This document shows, piece by piece, positions 14,256 to 25,932 of a stretch of 64,000 nt of DNA. Numbering within the stretch: the first letter of the stretch is position 1; every line of letters begins with the position of its first letter. Origin of the DNA: Camelus dromedarius (Eukaryota). Under the pieces are notes generated by a model that was not told the origin of the DNA, did not search any database, and was given only the letters and a program-made list of their open reading frames with translations. The stretch is taken from positions 93,622,001 through 93,686,000 of the forward strand of contig NC_087437.1 in the NCBI RefSeq assembly GCF_036321535.1, read 5' to 3'. Both the position numbers and the translations under genes were made by a program.

Positions 14256-14300
14256 TCCCGCGTCTTTTCCGTATGCACTTTCCTCTCCTGCAAAGCTCGC
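13860..14300 (+). promoter_or_regulatory. CpG-rich candidate promoter and first exon
   Basis: ~25 CpG in 13801-14300. Motifs: CACGTG 13873, TGACG 13906, GGCGGGGC 13923, ATTGG 13961, CATGCGCA 14137, CAGTTG 14151. Splice donor AAG|GTAAAT at 14128/14129. Confidence 0.6.
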
Positions 14301-15120
14301 TGGCTCTATTCCACAAATGCCAAGTTTCATCCAGTTACATCAGCTTGAAATCCAGGATTTTATGATACACAAGAAGCGATGACCTATGATAAAAAGAAAC
14401 AAGTTGTATCTGTCTCCCAAACACCTACCCTGTAAAGTTGAGACGGGGAAAAGATAATAGTAATGAAGAGAAGGGAAACATAGCAGTCACTGTTTTATTG
14501 CAAGTCCAAAATCTCGCTGAGGAAGTGTTACCAGGTCTCTCAATCCTGGCTTAAGGAAACATATTTAGATTTCTTAGAAGTGGTTTCCTAGTTCATTTTT
14601 CACCACAGTCCATTACTCTGTTCACGGAAGTTTCTTTAATTATCCGGCTTGGTTATATCTGAAAAGGTTTTCGAGTAATACTTCCCTTTTGGCAGTTAAG
14701 CTGCTTTCTCAACCAGCTGCTTGTTATATAGAAATTGGGGTGCTGGAAGTCTATCTTTATCTCACTGTCTTTTATTTCACGCTGGCAGTGATTTTGTCGA
14801 TCAGGTTCTTTCAGAAACTTAAATTTTCAAGGCATTTTATTTCAGTTAGTATAAAAGTTATATGATTATTCTTTTATAGACATGCCTCTCCGTATATAGT
14901 TAATCACTGGTATTTTGGCCCATTAGGTTTTGCTAGGCCCGTATTCTTAATCTTTCTGTAAGTAGTTTTTACCAGACAAGAAGTTCTAATAGGTGTAACT
15001 ATAGTTCATTAAGAGGTCTTAACAAAGGCAGGCTGACTTGTCTTGGTTTGGTCTATACCCAATCAGTATATCTTAATGCTCTTAATATTTCCCTAGGCTA
15101 TTACTAATTTGAGAATCTTC
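14256..15120 (-). mobile_element. MLT1-type MaLR internal sequence adjoining the LTR
   Basis: gacctatgataaaaagaaacaagttgtatctg...gggaaacatagcagtcactg resembles recalled old MLT1-int. The right boundary is uncertain. Confidence 0.5.
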
Positions 15121-15139
15121 TCCTGTATGGAAGTATTGG

Positions 15140-15582
15140 TATTATGAGTTGAACTATGTCCCCCCAAAACATATGTTGAAGTCCTAGCCCCAAGAACGTT
15201 AGCCGTGTGATCTAATTGGAAACAGGCCTTACAGAGGTAATTAGGTTAAAATGACCTTAATCCAGTCGGACTGGAGTTCTTATGAAAAGATGGCATTTGA
15301 CACAGAGACAGCCATACCCAGAGAGAGGACTTTGAGAAAAAACAGAAAATGAAATGTGGATATTGGAATTATGCTGCTACAAATCAAGGAATGTTTAGGG
15401 CTACTGGAAGCTGAAAGAGGCAAGGAAATATCCTTGCCCTGCAGGTTTCAGATGGAGTCAGTCTCTGCTGACATTTTGATTTCTGACTTCCAGCCTCTAG
15501 AACTGTGAGATAATAGATTTCTGGTCTTTGAATTCATCTAGTTTGTGGTACTTTGTTATAGCTGACCTAGAAAATGAATACA
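15140..15582 (+). mobile_element. MLT1C-like MaLR solo LTR
   Basis: Starts tattatgagttgaactatgtcccccaaaacatatgttgaagtcct and ends gacttccagcctctagaactgtgaga...gtactttgttatagc...gaataca. Confidence 0.9.
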
Positions 15583-15967
15583 AGTGGAGATTAAAAAAGG
15601 ATTTCACTTACCAACACCTTTGGTTTGAGTTCTCTATATTTTCTCTAAATTCTGTTCTTTTTTTTTTTTTTTTTTACATTTTCCAAGTATTTTTTCTAGG
15701 CTCATATTTCTTGTAGTACCCGATTAAAATGGAGTGTTATATTGAATGAAAAGGAAATTCACACAATAATGTGATCAATGGTACTCGAAATCTCTAGTCC
15801 CAACGTTAGGGGGACCCTCAAAACTAAACAAAATTTTTATAACCCCTTAAAGTTTTCCTTTTTCATTATTTTAAGTATAAATCTACCATTGCAAACTATG
15901 ACCAAAATACTTTAGCTGTATGCTCTCTAATTTTGCTCTCTAAAACTGCTCTCTAATCTGTTTTACT

Positions 15968-16135
15968 AATTAAGAATGTAGGCTTTGGAACAAAACTACC
16001 ACTTAGTGTGTGATTATCTGCTAGTTAATTTGTTTTTCGTTTCAGTTTCCTCATTTATAAAATGAAGATAATAACTGTATCTTCTTAATAAGATTATTGT
16101 GAACTTAAATGAACACAGAAAATATCAGGTGTTCA
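15968..16135 (+). mobile_element. MIR SINE
   Basis: aagaatgtaggctttgga...tcagtttcctcatttataaaatgaagataata is the MIR core. Confidence 0.75.
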
Positions 16136-18269
16136 GTAATTTTGAATTGTTGATTAGTAATAGTCAAAACATATGTTCTTAACTCCAACTTCAAAAAATG
16201 AGTAGAAAACGTTAATCATAAAATTACTTAAAAATTTGTTATTTGTTATTTCATTTCCACTTGTTATTTTGATTTTCTTTTTCCTCTTTTTCCACAGCCT
16301 TGCTGGTCTGGCTTCTTCCCCACTTCCACCTTCCAAATACACATTACACTGTGGTTACTTTCTAAGGTTAATTTCTAAATCCAGTTGACTCCTTTCTCCT
16401 TAACTTTAATTATTTTCTCTGATACATTTTACACTGTTTTACATTTTACTCTTAAAACTCTGAAGGGGCAAGAGGATGCCACCAGTTAGAGGCTGAGAGG
16501 GCTGAGGACAGACTCAAAAAGTCAGCAAAAAGAACATGATCTACACAGTAGGGTAATGCTGAGTCCTTGTGGCAGATTTACTAGAAAACAAACAAGCAAA
16601 AAAACATATGTCTGTGGTACACCCATTATTTTGACATATTTCACTAAGAGGGCAGTTTGATAGAATTATAACAGTGTTTCTCTCACAACCACCAATATAC
16701 TCTCAGCTCCACTATTAGTGTGGAGTACCAAAGTAGCAGCCCAGATGTCCCCTCCAGTGATGGACCCATTTCCTTTAGGTGTTTAGGACTATCCATATTG
16801 TATAAATATGAATTTAAAAGAGGAACTGTCATGATTAATATCTCAATTCTCTTGTATTTTAGAGTTCTCAATGTTGTTTATTGTCTGCTTCTCTATTACA
16901 AATTCTGTTTTACTTGTACCTTAGCTTTAGGCTTTATCTGTTTGTCAGAATAGAATTTCTCTTCCTTCGCTACTCCATTACATTCTTGTTTTCATTGCCC
17001 CTTTATTTCCCTGTAGCTGATCAATATACCACGTTAGGCTGCACACTCTAGCTACTTGTTTTCTTGTGGATTACCTGAACAACAACGTCTTGCTCCTCAT
17101 CACCATCATCAGAAAGCATTTTACTCATTCCTATCGTGGAGTTTTGTATTGTAGAAGACAAGACACAGTGATAAAGATTGCAATATTTGTGTTCACACAA
17201 ATAACTCATTTCATTGCTTGAACTCATATAACTCCAGAATTGAGAGGGAGAGAGGGAGAGAGAGAAAGAGAGAAAGAAACAGAGAGAAAGAGAAAGAAGT
17301 CTTTTTCATATTTGGACATGAAAAAAAATTTATTCAGTTCTTGTGTATTTCATGGACACAATATACAGTCCTTATTTCTATATGTATTTAAGTTCAGAAA
17401 AAGCTAGTAAAAAAGTAAAATGCTTCTGTTTTAGAGCCAAAACAAGTGATGCCAGTTCAATCTAATGAGTGAAAGTTTACTACTGGTTTTATATTTAGTA
17501 AGCAGAATACTATTTTAGTGATAACTATGACATTTTAATGATCTACCTTTTCATGTTCTCTTATAGATACTATTTTTCATCTTGTAAGTTTTAATCTTGA
17601 ATGTATGGGGCTTTATTTTAAAACATTTAAAAAATATTGGTAACAAAAACTACGTATTTTCTATTCACTCTGTAAACAAATTCTGTCTCAAGATAAAGTA
17701 GGGAATATATTTAAAGAACACTTCCAAGTTTGCAAAATTACATAACTTATGATCTCATGCTTTCTGGAGTAAAATTCTTTTTTTAAGTTTAATGTACTCC
17801 TGAGAAATGAACTCTTTCGTTATACAGAGACACTTCTTAAGTTGTACTATAAAGAATTTTTTTTTGTTTTTGATGAAAATCAATGCTTATTGAGGCAAAG
17901 GTGATTCAAAGGTGAAACTTAGGTTTCTTGATTCTCAATGTCTGGTCTTTCCTTATTCAAGACAAACAGTAGATCTACCAAAATTATGAAAACTATGTGA
18001 AACAAGCAACTCTGAAATTTTACTACCATGGAGTTTATAGTTATGTATTTTTTTTTTATCTGTAAAGCAATGTACCTTTACCTTTTTCTTTACTTTGTTA
18101 ATCATCTGCCTGACACACTGAGGACCCCCTTTCTCCACACCAATCTCTACGCACAGCTCTCTTGGCATCCTTCCAGCCTCTCCTGGGAGACTCCCCTTCT
18201 CTACCTCGGGTTTGTTCCGGCTTCTTCGTCTTGGTTAGTTCTCCTCCTTGCTTTTCATTTCTACTTCCC

Positions 18270-18950
18270 TGAAATATATCCTATAGTATCTTTCAAAAAA
18301 CATGTGAACAAAAATAACCTTTCTGTGGCCTTATGTGTCTGAAAATGTTTTCCTCTGTCCTAACAGTTCACAGTTTAACTGAGTACAACGTTTATCCAGC
18401 TAACATCAATTTCTCTCATCCCTTTGAAGACAACCACTGTTGTTGTATTCAGTATTACTAACAAGAAATCTGGTGAAAAATAGCTGCTGATCCTTGTAAA
18501 TGAACATTTTTTTTTTCAGTTTTTTCTCTCACTTTTGTCAGAATTTAGGATCCATCTGTCTTTGGAACTTTGATATTTCCCAAAGGCAGGTCTAGTTATA
18601 GTCTCTTTATCCTGCTTACCATTTAATAAGCAATTTAAGTGAAATCCTGTGTCTCCCTTAAGGTGGGGAATTTTTTCTTAAAATTTCTTCATTGATTTTT
18701 TTCTTCTCCATTCTCTCATATTACACTGGAAACAAATTTACTTGCATGTTACTACATCTAGAATTTTCCATCACTAATAGTATTTATTTTATTGTTTCCA
18801 TGTATTTTTACCTTTGTACTACATTTAAGAGTATTCTTGGATTTAATCATTATGCCAAAAATTCTCCTATTCCTTTAGCCAATTGTGCTAGTCAGTCATC
18901 TTTGGAGGATATTATTCTTGTAATCAATATTTCTTCTCTTAAATGGACTA
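18270..18950 (-). mobile_element. Ancient L1M/HAL1 ORF1-region fragment
   Basis: tgtgtctgaaaatgttttcct...cagtttaactgagtacaa...aagaaatctggtg resembles reversed old L1 ORF1. Confidence 0.5.
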
Positions 18951-19289
18951 GCTATGGTACATTAAGTGTTTTAACAAATGAAAACCATATGTCATTGACT
19001 GAACACAAAAATTGTTTGTTTCTCATATTATCGTCCACTGCAAATCAGTTGAGGGTTCCCCGTTTCACAGAGATAGACTCTTCCCACCGAATGTTTCAGC
19101 CATTCTTTAGAGTCCTAGGGCCTGCCTCAGGCCCCTTGCCTCTGTTCAGCAACAACAAAAGAGAAAGAATAAGAAAAATCTCAAACTAAGTTCTAGGGAC
19201 CAGCCAGAGTGTTGGAGTTATGGAAGAAGAAACTAAGTTTCTGTCTAGGAAAAGCCTTCCATGATACACTAATATAATGTTTATTTTTC

Positions 19290-20300
19290 CTGAAGGCAAT
19301 GAGCCTTTGCAGTGCATTAAGATTTTTAGCCAGCATTATCAGTTGTGTGATTTAGGACATCACTCTGACTGCTCTGTGGATCTCAGTGGAGGAAAGACAC
19401 CTCTTAGGAAAATGTTGTCTAAAACCAGGTGATAAATTGTGGTGCTTTGGACCATAAGCACGAACATGGGTAAGAAGAGAAGTGAGAAGACTGAAAAGAT
19501 GGTATGAAGGAAACAAGAGGGCCTGTGATGATGAGGGTTAGTGTTGGGAGAATAAGAAGTCAAGTAATACAGAGAAGTTCCTCATTTTCTCACTGCAGTG
19601 GACTGTATATAGTACCAAGGCAGGAAATTTTGTAAGAAAAGCACATTATAAGAAGGGAATGTTTGGGGAGATAAATGGAGATGCTCAGTATGTCTTTGGG
19701 TTTGTAGTTTTGTAGCTCAGGAGAGACATCAGGGCAGAAACAAAGACTTCAAAGGTATCACTTTACTGACCCTAAAAATGATAAAATAATAAATGGGAGT
19801 CCAAGACTATCAATTTTCATTATATTCATAACACTTAGAAAATTACAGTGTGAAAGCTATTTTTCTTTTCATTAAGTAGGATGTGTGATGATGGGAATGA
19901 TGTTAAGATGGGAAATTTTGAACATATTGAAATACTGATGAAGAACTAGTAAATGGAAAAAAAAAATTTAACTAGCAATTAAACTAGTGGTTGTTTGGAG
20001 AGTGAGGGCAGATAGAACCCAAAGCAGGAGTAAAGGAATTTGTCTTGGAAATAAAATGGAAGGTCTCTTCCACGGTGATGGGAGGGAAAGACACATTTAC
20101 ATATAGACCAGTGCTTTGGAATTAATGCAGATCTTGTCTCATGGTATTTTCTCTGTAAAGTTAAATGGAGGCTAGTGAGAAAGGGTGTTTGACAAGTGTG
20201 AGGTTTTAAAAGAGCGACTGTGGAGATGGAAGAAAACTCATTAAGGAAAGTACACAGAGGATTCAGTATTTGTGAGTAGTGCAGAATAGCACACAAGGAC
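19290..20300 (-). mobile_element. L2 LINE fragments, degenerate
   Basis: ggcaatgagcc...catcactctgactgctctgtgga and gctcaggagagacatcagggcagaaa resemble antisense L2. Confidence 0.5.
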
Positions 20301-20744
20301 CAGGCTGTGGCATAAAGGGGCGATGGATCCACCCACAGCAGCAAATCAAAAAAGACTTGCCATTATGTATGTGTGGCATTTGTGAGAAGCCTTAACTAAG
20401 AGTATGATTTCAATGCAAAGAATATAGGGGAGATACAGAATGAGCAAAGATATACAGCAATAGACATGTAGGCATATTCTCAAAATGATTCATAGATCAG
20501 TGTATTGTAAGTTAAGGAGCTGGAAGTGGAAAGGCATCTGTCTGTTATTTTGGAGCTAGAACATCGAAATATTAAGTCTCCTGATGAAGGGTTTTGATTT
20601 TATTCTATCTGTGCTGATGTCCCAAGGAAAAAACAAATTGATCTTACTGGATTTGGGGGGAAGACAGAAGAAAGCACATATTTAAAGATATATTAGAAAT
20701 GATTTTGATACTTTTTCTTCTTTAAAAATTAAGAGATGATCTTC

Positions 20745-20925
20745 CTTGAATTTGCTTGATTGTATGGCAGCTCTATTTTTAATTTTTCTGAGGAAACTCC
20801 ACACTGTTTTCCACAGTGGCTGTACCAGTTTACATTCCCACCAACAGGGTATGAGGGCTCCCTTTCCTCCACATCCCCACCAACATTTACTGTCATCTTT
20901 TTGACATAGCCATTCTGACAGATGT
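20745..20925 (-). mobile_element. L1 ORF2 C-terminal fragment
   Basis: ORF segment [36 protein letters not shown] is the L1 ORF2p cysteine-rich region. Confidence 0.9.
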
Positions 20926-23404
20926 GTATGCATTCCCATAACAGTTCTTACTAATTTTAACATAACTACAACCACCAGGAAAACAAAGAAAAAAAAATGC
21001 CAGCAATGTATTTCCAGAATCTTGGAAGGATTTCCAGTAACAACATGAGAATTGTACTGGGTTAGGTAAAGAAACACCATTGACAGTTCACATATTCATA
21101 GATCTGTCCTGAGCAGAGGAAATACGCAGAGAGATTTATTTTTCCTTCATATCGTACCTAAAAATATTATATCAGAAACCTAGACCTAACCTAGCCTTTC
21201 TATTTTAAGATGTGATCTTTTTGAGGCAACTGGATTGTAAGCACCTTCTCTTCCTTCTCCTAACAGTGTCCTCTCTATATCCTCTGAGGAGGAACAAATC
21301 CCAGTAAAGAGCCAAACTGGAAGTAAGGAGGGGCATGTGAAGATAGTTGTTTATTTCATTTTTAGAGATAAAGAATCTAGAATAGGTGAATTAGATTAAT
21401 CCTTATTGGAAACTGGGAATTGGAATGAGAGCTGTGTGCATTCAGCTATAGGCAGTTGAACGCTGAAGGTAAAGTTAACTGAAGTAAGGCCATAATATGC
21501 AATATGTCCACTAGGAAATATCAGGCTTGGATATCATTTCTCACATGTTGCTGAACAAAATGAGAGATGCATGGGTCTTCAGAAAATGCACCCAAGAGAA
21601 GAAAAAAGGAATAAAATTTCGTAATTCAGAAGAAAAACGTAACTTTAAAAATGATTTAAAAAAAACAAATCAACATTAATACATTGCCTCCATTAAAGTT
21701 GATAAACCATAGGAATAAGGAAGATACCATGAAAAACAAACAAAACCGAAGCAGGAGCACATAAGAAATTGGATGATAGAAGTATGGATCTCGAGGGGGA
21801 AAACTTCCAAATAGTAGATTGAAATCTACTTTAGAGTAAGAAAATAAAAAATCTTCTATCGAATACAGAAGGGAATTTTTTTTTTCTTAAAAGAAGCAAA
21901 AGAGATGAGAGGGGAAATAGACCACAGACCTTCTCTAAAGAAATGTTATTTTATGTGTGTAAATCTGTGGCTATATCTGATTACTATTTTTCAAGTTCAG
22001 AAAATACACTTTTAGGAAATATTCAGGCAATGAAAGAGTAGGTCTCAGTTCTTTTGATCTAGGACTCATAATGATAACAAAAATAGGTATAGAAATTATT
22101 CACATATTTAAATTCCATGAAAAAATACTTTGCTGACTTCACTGGTTTTCAGAAAATTCATTGAATGTATTTTTTAATTACTGTAATTTATTACCATCAA
22201 ATAGTTGTAGTAATTTAAAAATAATAAATTGAGGCATTCAAAAAAAAGGAAGATGTTGAGAATAACATTCTATACCCAATGTTGTCATTAACTTGGGAAG
22301 TTTCTTTGGGGAAGTCATTGAATATTGTTAGCATATCCTGGCTTTAATGTAACATTACGGGAATTTCTGGAAGATACAGTTAATGACTGGATTCCCTGCT
22401 TTGTTATCCTCTTTTCTGACAGCTGGGGTCTCTAGGGTTTGTTTTAATTACATTGAGGGACATTGTAGTAAGAACAAAAAACTCTCCAACTTTGTTTTAA
22501 TGTTTAGTTTTACAGGAAGCTTTATAAGCATAGCATTTACTTTACTTAAAAATTCTTCACTTGGGATATCATTCATGAGTGTAATGATGGGGTATGAAAA
22601 TTTATTAGTGATAACTTTGGAAAAATAAACTCCTTTGAAGATCATTTCAAAGATAATACCTGTTTCCAAGGTGAAGATAGCAGAAAAGAATATACATATA
22701 TAATATATAACATTTTGATATATAACATATATATAAATTATATATATTATATATAAAATACATATAATATTTTTAACCTGAAGGAAATGCAAACTTGTTA
22801 CACAGAGATACTCTGCTGCATTGGTTAGTTGTGCCTTAAGAAGTATTAAATTATATCATCATTGATAGTTTTTCTGTAGTCCCAGAAGCCTGAAACTTCA
22901 TGTTGGTGAAAACATTACTTTCATTGCCACATTTTACCATCTTACCATCTCCTTTCCCCCGTTATGACTTTTGAATAAACCATAGCTACAAACACAGACA
23001 CACACACAATCAATTTCATTGTGACATATGTTTCTCATAATTTTCAGTGTGTCCTGAATCTGGGGAAAGGAAAATATTTCAGCTAAAGGCTTTTTTCATT
23101 TAGCCATTCATAATTCAAACATAAAGTCAAACATTACCATATCATACTAACCACAGTATTTTGAAACATCTTAAAAAGATGTTTAAGAACTGAAAAATTT
23201 AAATAATGAATGGACATGGTAACAGGAGGCAACTGAAAGCCCCCATAAGACAATTTTATAGTACATGACTTTAAGTATTTTATGAGATATTTGCAAAACC
23301 ACCTTTATTAAAACTTTTAAATGTTCTGCAGAAATATCTTGAGTAAGAATACCAGGATTAGGGCAGAGATTTAGCTGTATTTGACGCATTTATGTGAAGG
23401 AGAA

Positions 23405-23530
23405 AAAAATTACCTGAAGAGCATATTAAAAATACAAAATTTTCAGATCCTGTAGAGACCTACTGAATTAGAAATTCCAGGGGATAGGTCTTGAAGTATG
23501 TATGTTTAAATAAAAATCTAGATGAACTTA
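23405..23530. mobile_element. MER5-like DNA transposon fragment
   Basis: aattacctgaagagcatattaaaaataca...agacctactgaattagaa. Confidence 0.55.
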
Positions 23531-24189
23531 TCTGGGTAAGTAGCACCTAAAATTAGTATTGAGTTTGTACATGAAGAGCTATAGAACAATGACATGAGGT
23601 GTATCTTTTAAGATTGCTGTAGATTTTACATAAGAGAACATATTTACTTGATAAACGTAAGTTGGAATTTTTAAAAGACTCACTAATAAAAGACCTAAAA
23701 CAGGAGGGAATCCTTTCTTATTTATCATGTTAGTTTTTTTTTTTAGAATGCCAATATGCCAAATATTATGTCTAAGAATTTTATTCCAGAAATATTTTAA
23801 CAAGGAAAAACAAAGACTACTATAAATGCCTATTGGAATTAGATACATATAATTTATTGCAATGCATATGAAAATAGAATATTGTATAGTCATTAAAATG
23901 ATGATGTAGAAAATTAATTTGAAATGGCAATGCAAAATTAAAAGCAGGTTATAGAAGAGAATATATAGTGTGATTTGATTTTTTTAATAAACTTACTTGA
24001 AGTATTTTTATGATGAAAATGTATAGAATAAAATAAACTATAAGTTTAATGGTAGTTTCCTCTGGTTGAGTTTGTTATTTTTTTGCTTAATTGCAAATAA
24101 GCAAATTCATTGTGTGGGAGTGTGTGTATGTATTACTTACATAAACATTGCAAGAATACTGTTAATATCAGAAACAATTGCAAACCCTT

Positions 24190-24345
24190 AGTATATGCTT
24201 GCAACTGTTCTAATTGCCATGTATATATATGTAATTCAATTAGATCTTTATAATAATGCTATTTCTTAATTAATGTTACTATTAAACAGGGAAGTCAACC
24301 CAGGCAGGTCAAGTGTCTTTCCCAAATTTACACAGCTACTGAGTG
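24190..24345 (-). mobile_element. MIR SINE, degenerate
   Basis: caggtcaagtgtctttcccaaatttacacagcta is the reversed MIR core. Confidence 0.55.
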
Positions 24346-24664
24346 TGTATTATGTATTATAATTTTTTAGCCTTATATAAAGAGATTAATATGACCTTGT
24401 TTTTTGTATGATTTTTAAACTTTTTAAAAGATTTGGATGGTATATTTAAAACAAAAACAAAATTTATCCTTTATTATCATCACCCAATTTTCAGAAGCAA
24501 ATTTAAACTAATGTCTGGCTGATTTAATATTTATTTGCTTTTGACTTTGTATATTATCACTTTATAAGATTCTATTATAGATAACCACCTCTAGGTGCTA
24601 TCAGAATTCAATTTGGCTTCCAAAACTGAATGTGGAATGTATCATGTGCAATGGAAGAACATTG

Positions 24665-24732
24665 TCTTCTTCTTCTTCTTCTCCTTCTCCTTCTTCTTCC
24701 TTCTTCCTTCTTCTTTCTTCTTTCTTCTTCTT
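24665..24732. repeat. Imperfect (CTT)n polypyrimidine tract
   Basis: Seen directly. Confidence 0.9.
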
Positions 24733-24984
24733 TGGTTTCTTTTAAGTTTACTTCTTTTAAGGTTGTGCGTGTATAGGTATATATGTCTCCATTTTGAGAA
24801 AATAGAAAACTTTATTAAATTTTTAAGGGAGTTGAAAAAGGCTGAATATACTTTACTTTGGGATATTTATATTGTACTCTTGGCTAAAGTTTGGGAGGTG
24901 GCAGCGCATGGGGAAAATGAAGTGAATCAGAATGTAATTGCTTGTGCAGAATAACACTGAGTGTAATTACAAAGTTAAAAATGA

Positions 24985-25137
24985 ATACTTCTCTTGACTT
25001 CCAAAATGAGAGGTAAAGTTTTCAGTTTTTTTTTTTATTTTTTACCATTAAATAAGATGTTATCTGAGGACTTGTCATATTTGGCCTTTACTATGTAAGG
25101 TTATTCTGTTTCTAGTTAGTTGAGAGGTTTTATTTTT
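24985..25137 (-). mobile_element. L1 ORF2 fragment, inverted relative to the adjacent L1MC
   Basis: ggtaaagttttcagt...ttaccattaaataagatgttatctg parallels the reversed ORF2 text at 5600-5680. Confidence 0.6.
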
Positions 25138-25932
25138 AGCCACTTTGGAAGGCAGTTGGGCAGTTCCTGACAAAGCTAACCGTAATCTTACTATATGATC
25201 CAGCGATCTTGCTCCTCAGTGTTTAACCAAATGAGGTGAAACTTAGGTCCACACAAAAGCCTACACATAAATGTTTATAGAATCTTTATTGGTAATTGGG
25301 AAACTTGGTTGAAGGACAACTGAGATATCTGTAAATAAATAAATGGAGGTACATCCCTATAATGGAATACTATTCATTTATTAAAAATAAGTGGCTATCA
25401 AGCCAGGGAAAAACAGGGAGAAACTTTCAAGGCATATTACAAAGTGAAAAGAAGCAGGTCTGAAAAGGTTAAATACTGTATGATTCCAACTATATGACAT
25501 TGTGTAGAAGGCAAAACTAGAGAGAGAGTGAAAAATCAAATCAGTGGTTGCAGGGTTGAGGAAGGCTGGGCAAGGAAAGGCATGAATAGGTGGAGCACAG
25601 GGAATATTTGGAGCAGTGAAACTATTACTTAACAGTATGATACTGTTATGATAGATACATGACATCATGCATTAATCAAAACCTATAAAACTGTGCTCTA
25701 CAAAGAATAGACCTTAATGTAAGTTATAGTTTTTGGTTAGTAATAATGTATTAATATTGGTTCATCAATTGTAACAAATGTTCCACAGGAATGAAAGACG
25801 TTAATAACAGAGGAAATTGGGTCGGGATTGTGGGGGTGGAAAGGTGGGAATTGGGAGAGGGGATATATGGGAACTCTCTACTTCTAATTTTTTTGAAAAC
25901 CAAAGCCTTCTCTAAAAAACAAAGTATTAATA
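25138..25932 (+). mobile_element. L1MC1/2-like 3' end
   Basis: gccactttggaaggcagtt...tactgtatgattccaactatatgacatt...catcaattgtaacaaatg...atatgggaactctct. Confidence 0.9.

Noticed and set aside
13885..14382. 143-aa (-) and 73-aa (+) ORFs in the GC-rich patch
   Set aside because: No recognisable protein similarity; ORF length is explained by the locally high GC.
15921..15956. Three TGCTCTCTAA copies at 13-bp period (similar 17-bp doublet at 34248-34281)
   Set aside because: Short slippage repeats with no spacer architecture; not CRISPR-like and common in mammalian DNA.
18692..19189. 165-aa ORF, the longest in the track
   Set aside because: Non-ATG start, largely antisense to degenerate L1, and no recognisable domain.
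21600..21940. A-rich stretch resembling HAL1/L1 ORF1
   Set aside because: Too degenerate to support by eye.
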